DNA of 26,388 nucleotides, from IMG/VR virus record IMGVR_UViG_3300016476_000485, positions 1 through 26,388 of that record; one strand, 5' to 3'. Shown piece after piece: positions 25,703 through 26,388 of this stretch. The position numbers and the translations under genes were made by a program. The notes below the pieces were generated by a model, which saw only the letters and a list, made by a program, of their open reading frames with translations, did not search any database and had not been told where the DNA came from. How positions within the stretch are numbered: the stretch's first letter is position 1; every line of letters starts with the position of its first letter. This DNA comes from a virus (lineage: Duplodnaviria > Caudoviricetes).

Positions 25703-25836
25703 ACCAACTCCTTCTCAATAGCCTGAACCATAGCCCAATATTTCTGAACACCCGCATCATTTGAATCAATCGGGTACTGCATAGTGTGATGGCAAACTTC
25801 TCTATCTTCTACATAAGTGATTGGAACTTCTTTCAC
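25699..25836 (-). CDS. array cargo protein ending AIEKELV (45 aa)
   Basis: MKEVPITYVEDREVCHHTMQYPIDSNDAGVQKYWAMVQAIEKELV; GTGA/ATGA coupling; not in track. Confidence 0.65.
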   Translation of the reverse strand: MKEVPITYVEDREVCHHTMQYPIDSNDAGVQKYWAMVQAIEKELV

Positions 25837-26030
25837 TTCAACTCCTTCTCAATAGCCTGAATAGTTGGGCAGGGATATTTGTGTTTATTCATATAATAAC
25901 GACAAATTTCACATAAATTATTTTTATTAGGCTTATGCAATTCCACTACTGCACGAAGTGCTTTGACAGGTTCGGCAGAATCTTTGAAAGAGTAGTTATC
26001 ACAGATTGCCAGCAATTCTTCGTGGGTCAT
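25833..26030 (-). CDS. MTHEELLA-family small CxxC protein
   Basis: MTHEELLA..ALRAVVELHKP..CEIC..YPCPTIQAIEKELK. Confidence 0.8.
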   Translation of the reverse strand: MTHEELLAICDNYSFKDSAEPVKALRAVVELHKPNKNNLCEICRYYMNKHKYPCPTIQAIEKELK

Positions 26031-26275
26031 TCCAACTCCTTTTCAATAGTTTTAATAACTTTATTCATAGCGGTTGCATAGCCCCATTGAAAACATTGTG
26101 CTGCGATTTCATTAGGACTTCTATTAGCAAAATTCATATTGAAACTATCAGGTTTGGAATTATCCTCTATTGGCAATTCCACTACTGCACGAAGGGCATT
26201 TAGTTGAGCCACTGCTTCCTCTTTGATAATGTAACGAGCAGGACTTAATTTTGCCAGCAATTCTTCGTGGGTCAT
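26027..26275 (-). CDS. MTHEELLA-family protein (LPIEDN C-terminal module)
   Basis: MTHEELLA..ALRAVVELPIEDN..TIEKELE. Confidence 0.8.
   Translation of the reverse strand: MTHEELLAKLSPARYIIKEEAVAQLNALRAVVELPIEDNSKPDSFNMNFANRSPNEIAAQCFQWGYATAMNKVIKTIEKELE
26054..26194. repeat. 141-bp direct repeat, copy 2
   Basis: 570 bp downstream of copy 1. Confidence 0.92.
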
Positions 26276-26388
26276 TTCAACTCCTTCTCAATAGCCCTAA
26301 TAGTTGGGCAAGGTTATTTGTGGTAAATATCATCTTGGCATTCCCAACAAGCACCATCTACATTTCTATGCAATTCCACTACTGCACG
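26272..26388 (-). pseudogene. 3' part of a family member with in-frame TAA (5' end outside window)
   Basis: RAVVELHRNVDGACWECQDDIYHK*PCPTIRAIEKELK; TAA at 26316-26314 replaces the conserved Tyr. Confidence 0.65.

Larger units (their letters stand above)
23378..26296. repeat. dispersed gene-junction box (coding strand ~GGCTATTGARAAGGARTTR..RTGA)
   Basis: Copies starting at 23378, 25278, 25457, 25699, 25833, 26027, 26272; degenerate at 24259 and 24820. Confidence 0.85.
23500..26388. repeat. dispersed exact 22-bp box GCAATTCCACTACTGCACGAAG
   Basis: Copies at 23500-23521, 25603-25624, 25937-25958, 26173-26194, and 26370-26388 (cut by window edge). Confidence 0.9.

Noticed and set aside
25484-26194. 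DGR template/variable repeat pair
   Set aside because: Only one synonymous mismatch in 141 bp, no pattern of adenine-specific variation, both copies coding, and no reverse transcriptase in the window.
17619-26203. + strand ORFs in the right third (e.g. 19002-19229, 20515-20760, 21170-21424, 25415-25684, 26006-26203)
   Set aside because: Antisense to a tightly coupled - strand operon; similarity between 25415 and 26006 only mirrors the 141-bp repeat.
23378-26388. CRISPR array interpretation of the repeated boxes
   Set aside because: Several different boxes alternate, spacing is irregular, all lie in-frame in coupled ORFs, and no cas gene or leader is present in the window.
1-26388. Bacterial chromosome origin
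   Set aside because: No housekeeping operons; dense small coupled ORFs, mostly CCA-less clustered tRNAs and the Hsp20/WhiB/2OG/HNH/SNase mix fit a large phage. No capsid or terminase gene is in the window, so this remains an inference.

Overview
The window is part of a large, AT-rich tailed-phage genome, most likely infecting a (freshwater-type) actinobacterium. The host is inferred from WhiB, an MSMEG_6728-like protein, a DRCDxCGAQA protein, short-variable-arm tRNA-Leu genes and leaderless TANNNT promoters. The + strand (1-17337) carries five tRNAs, then a modification cluster (SGNH-like protein, NodU/CmcH carbamoyltransferase, several 2OG-Fe(II) oxygenases, a GlcNAc-transferase-like protein), a CHAP amidase, a thermonuclease, WhiB, a pyrimidine-dimer glycosylase-like protein, a holin-like protein, Hsp20 with a ROSE-like leader, a candidate structured ncRNA, an HNH protein, a multi-module protein and a radical SAM enzyme. 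The - strand (17324-26388) carries a capsule-type sugar operon (BcbE/BcbF-like fusion, cupin, GT61, GDPD-like), tRNAs for AGA/UUA/AUA around a Zn deaminase, a methyltransferase and PduO. It ends in the most unusual feature: an array of small translationally coupled genes built from nucleotide-conserved boxes (MTHEELLA / LRAVVEL / AIEKEL+RBS) alternating with variable segments, with signs of module shuffling and capture of unrelated cargo ORFs. All family calls come from motif recognition by eye; no searches were run.
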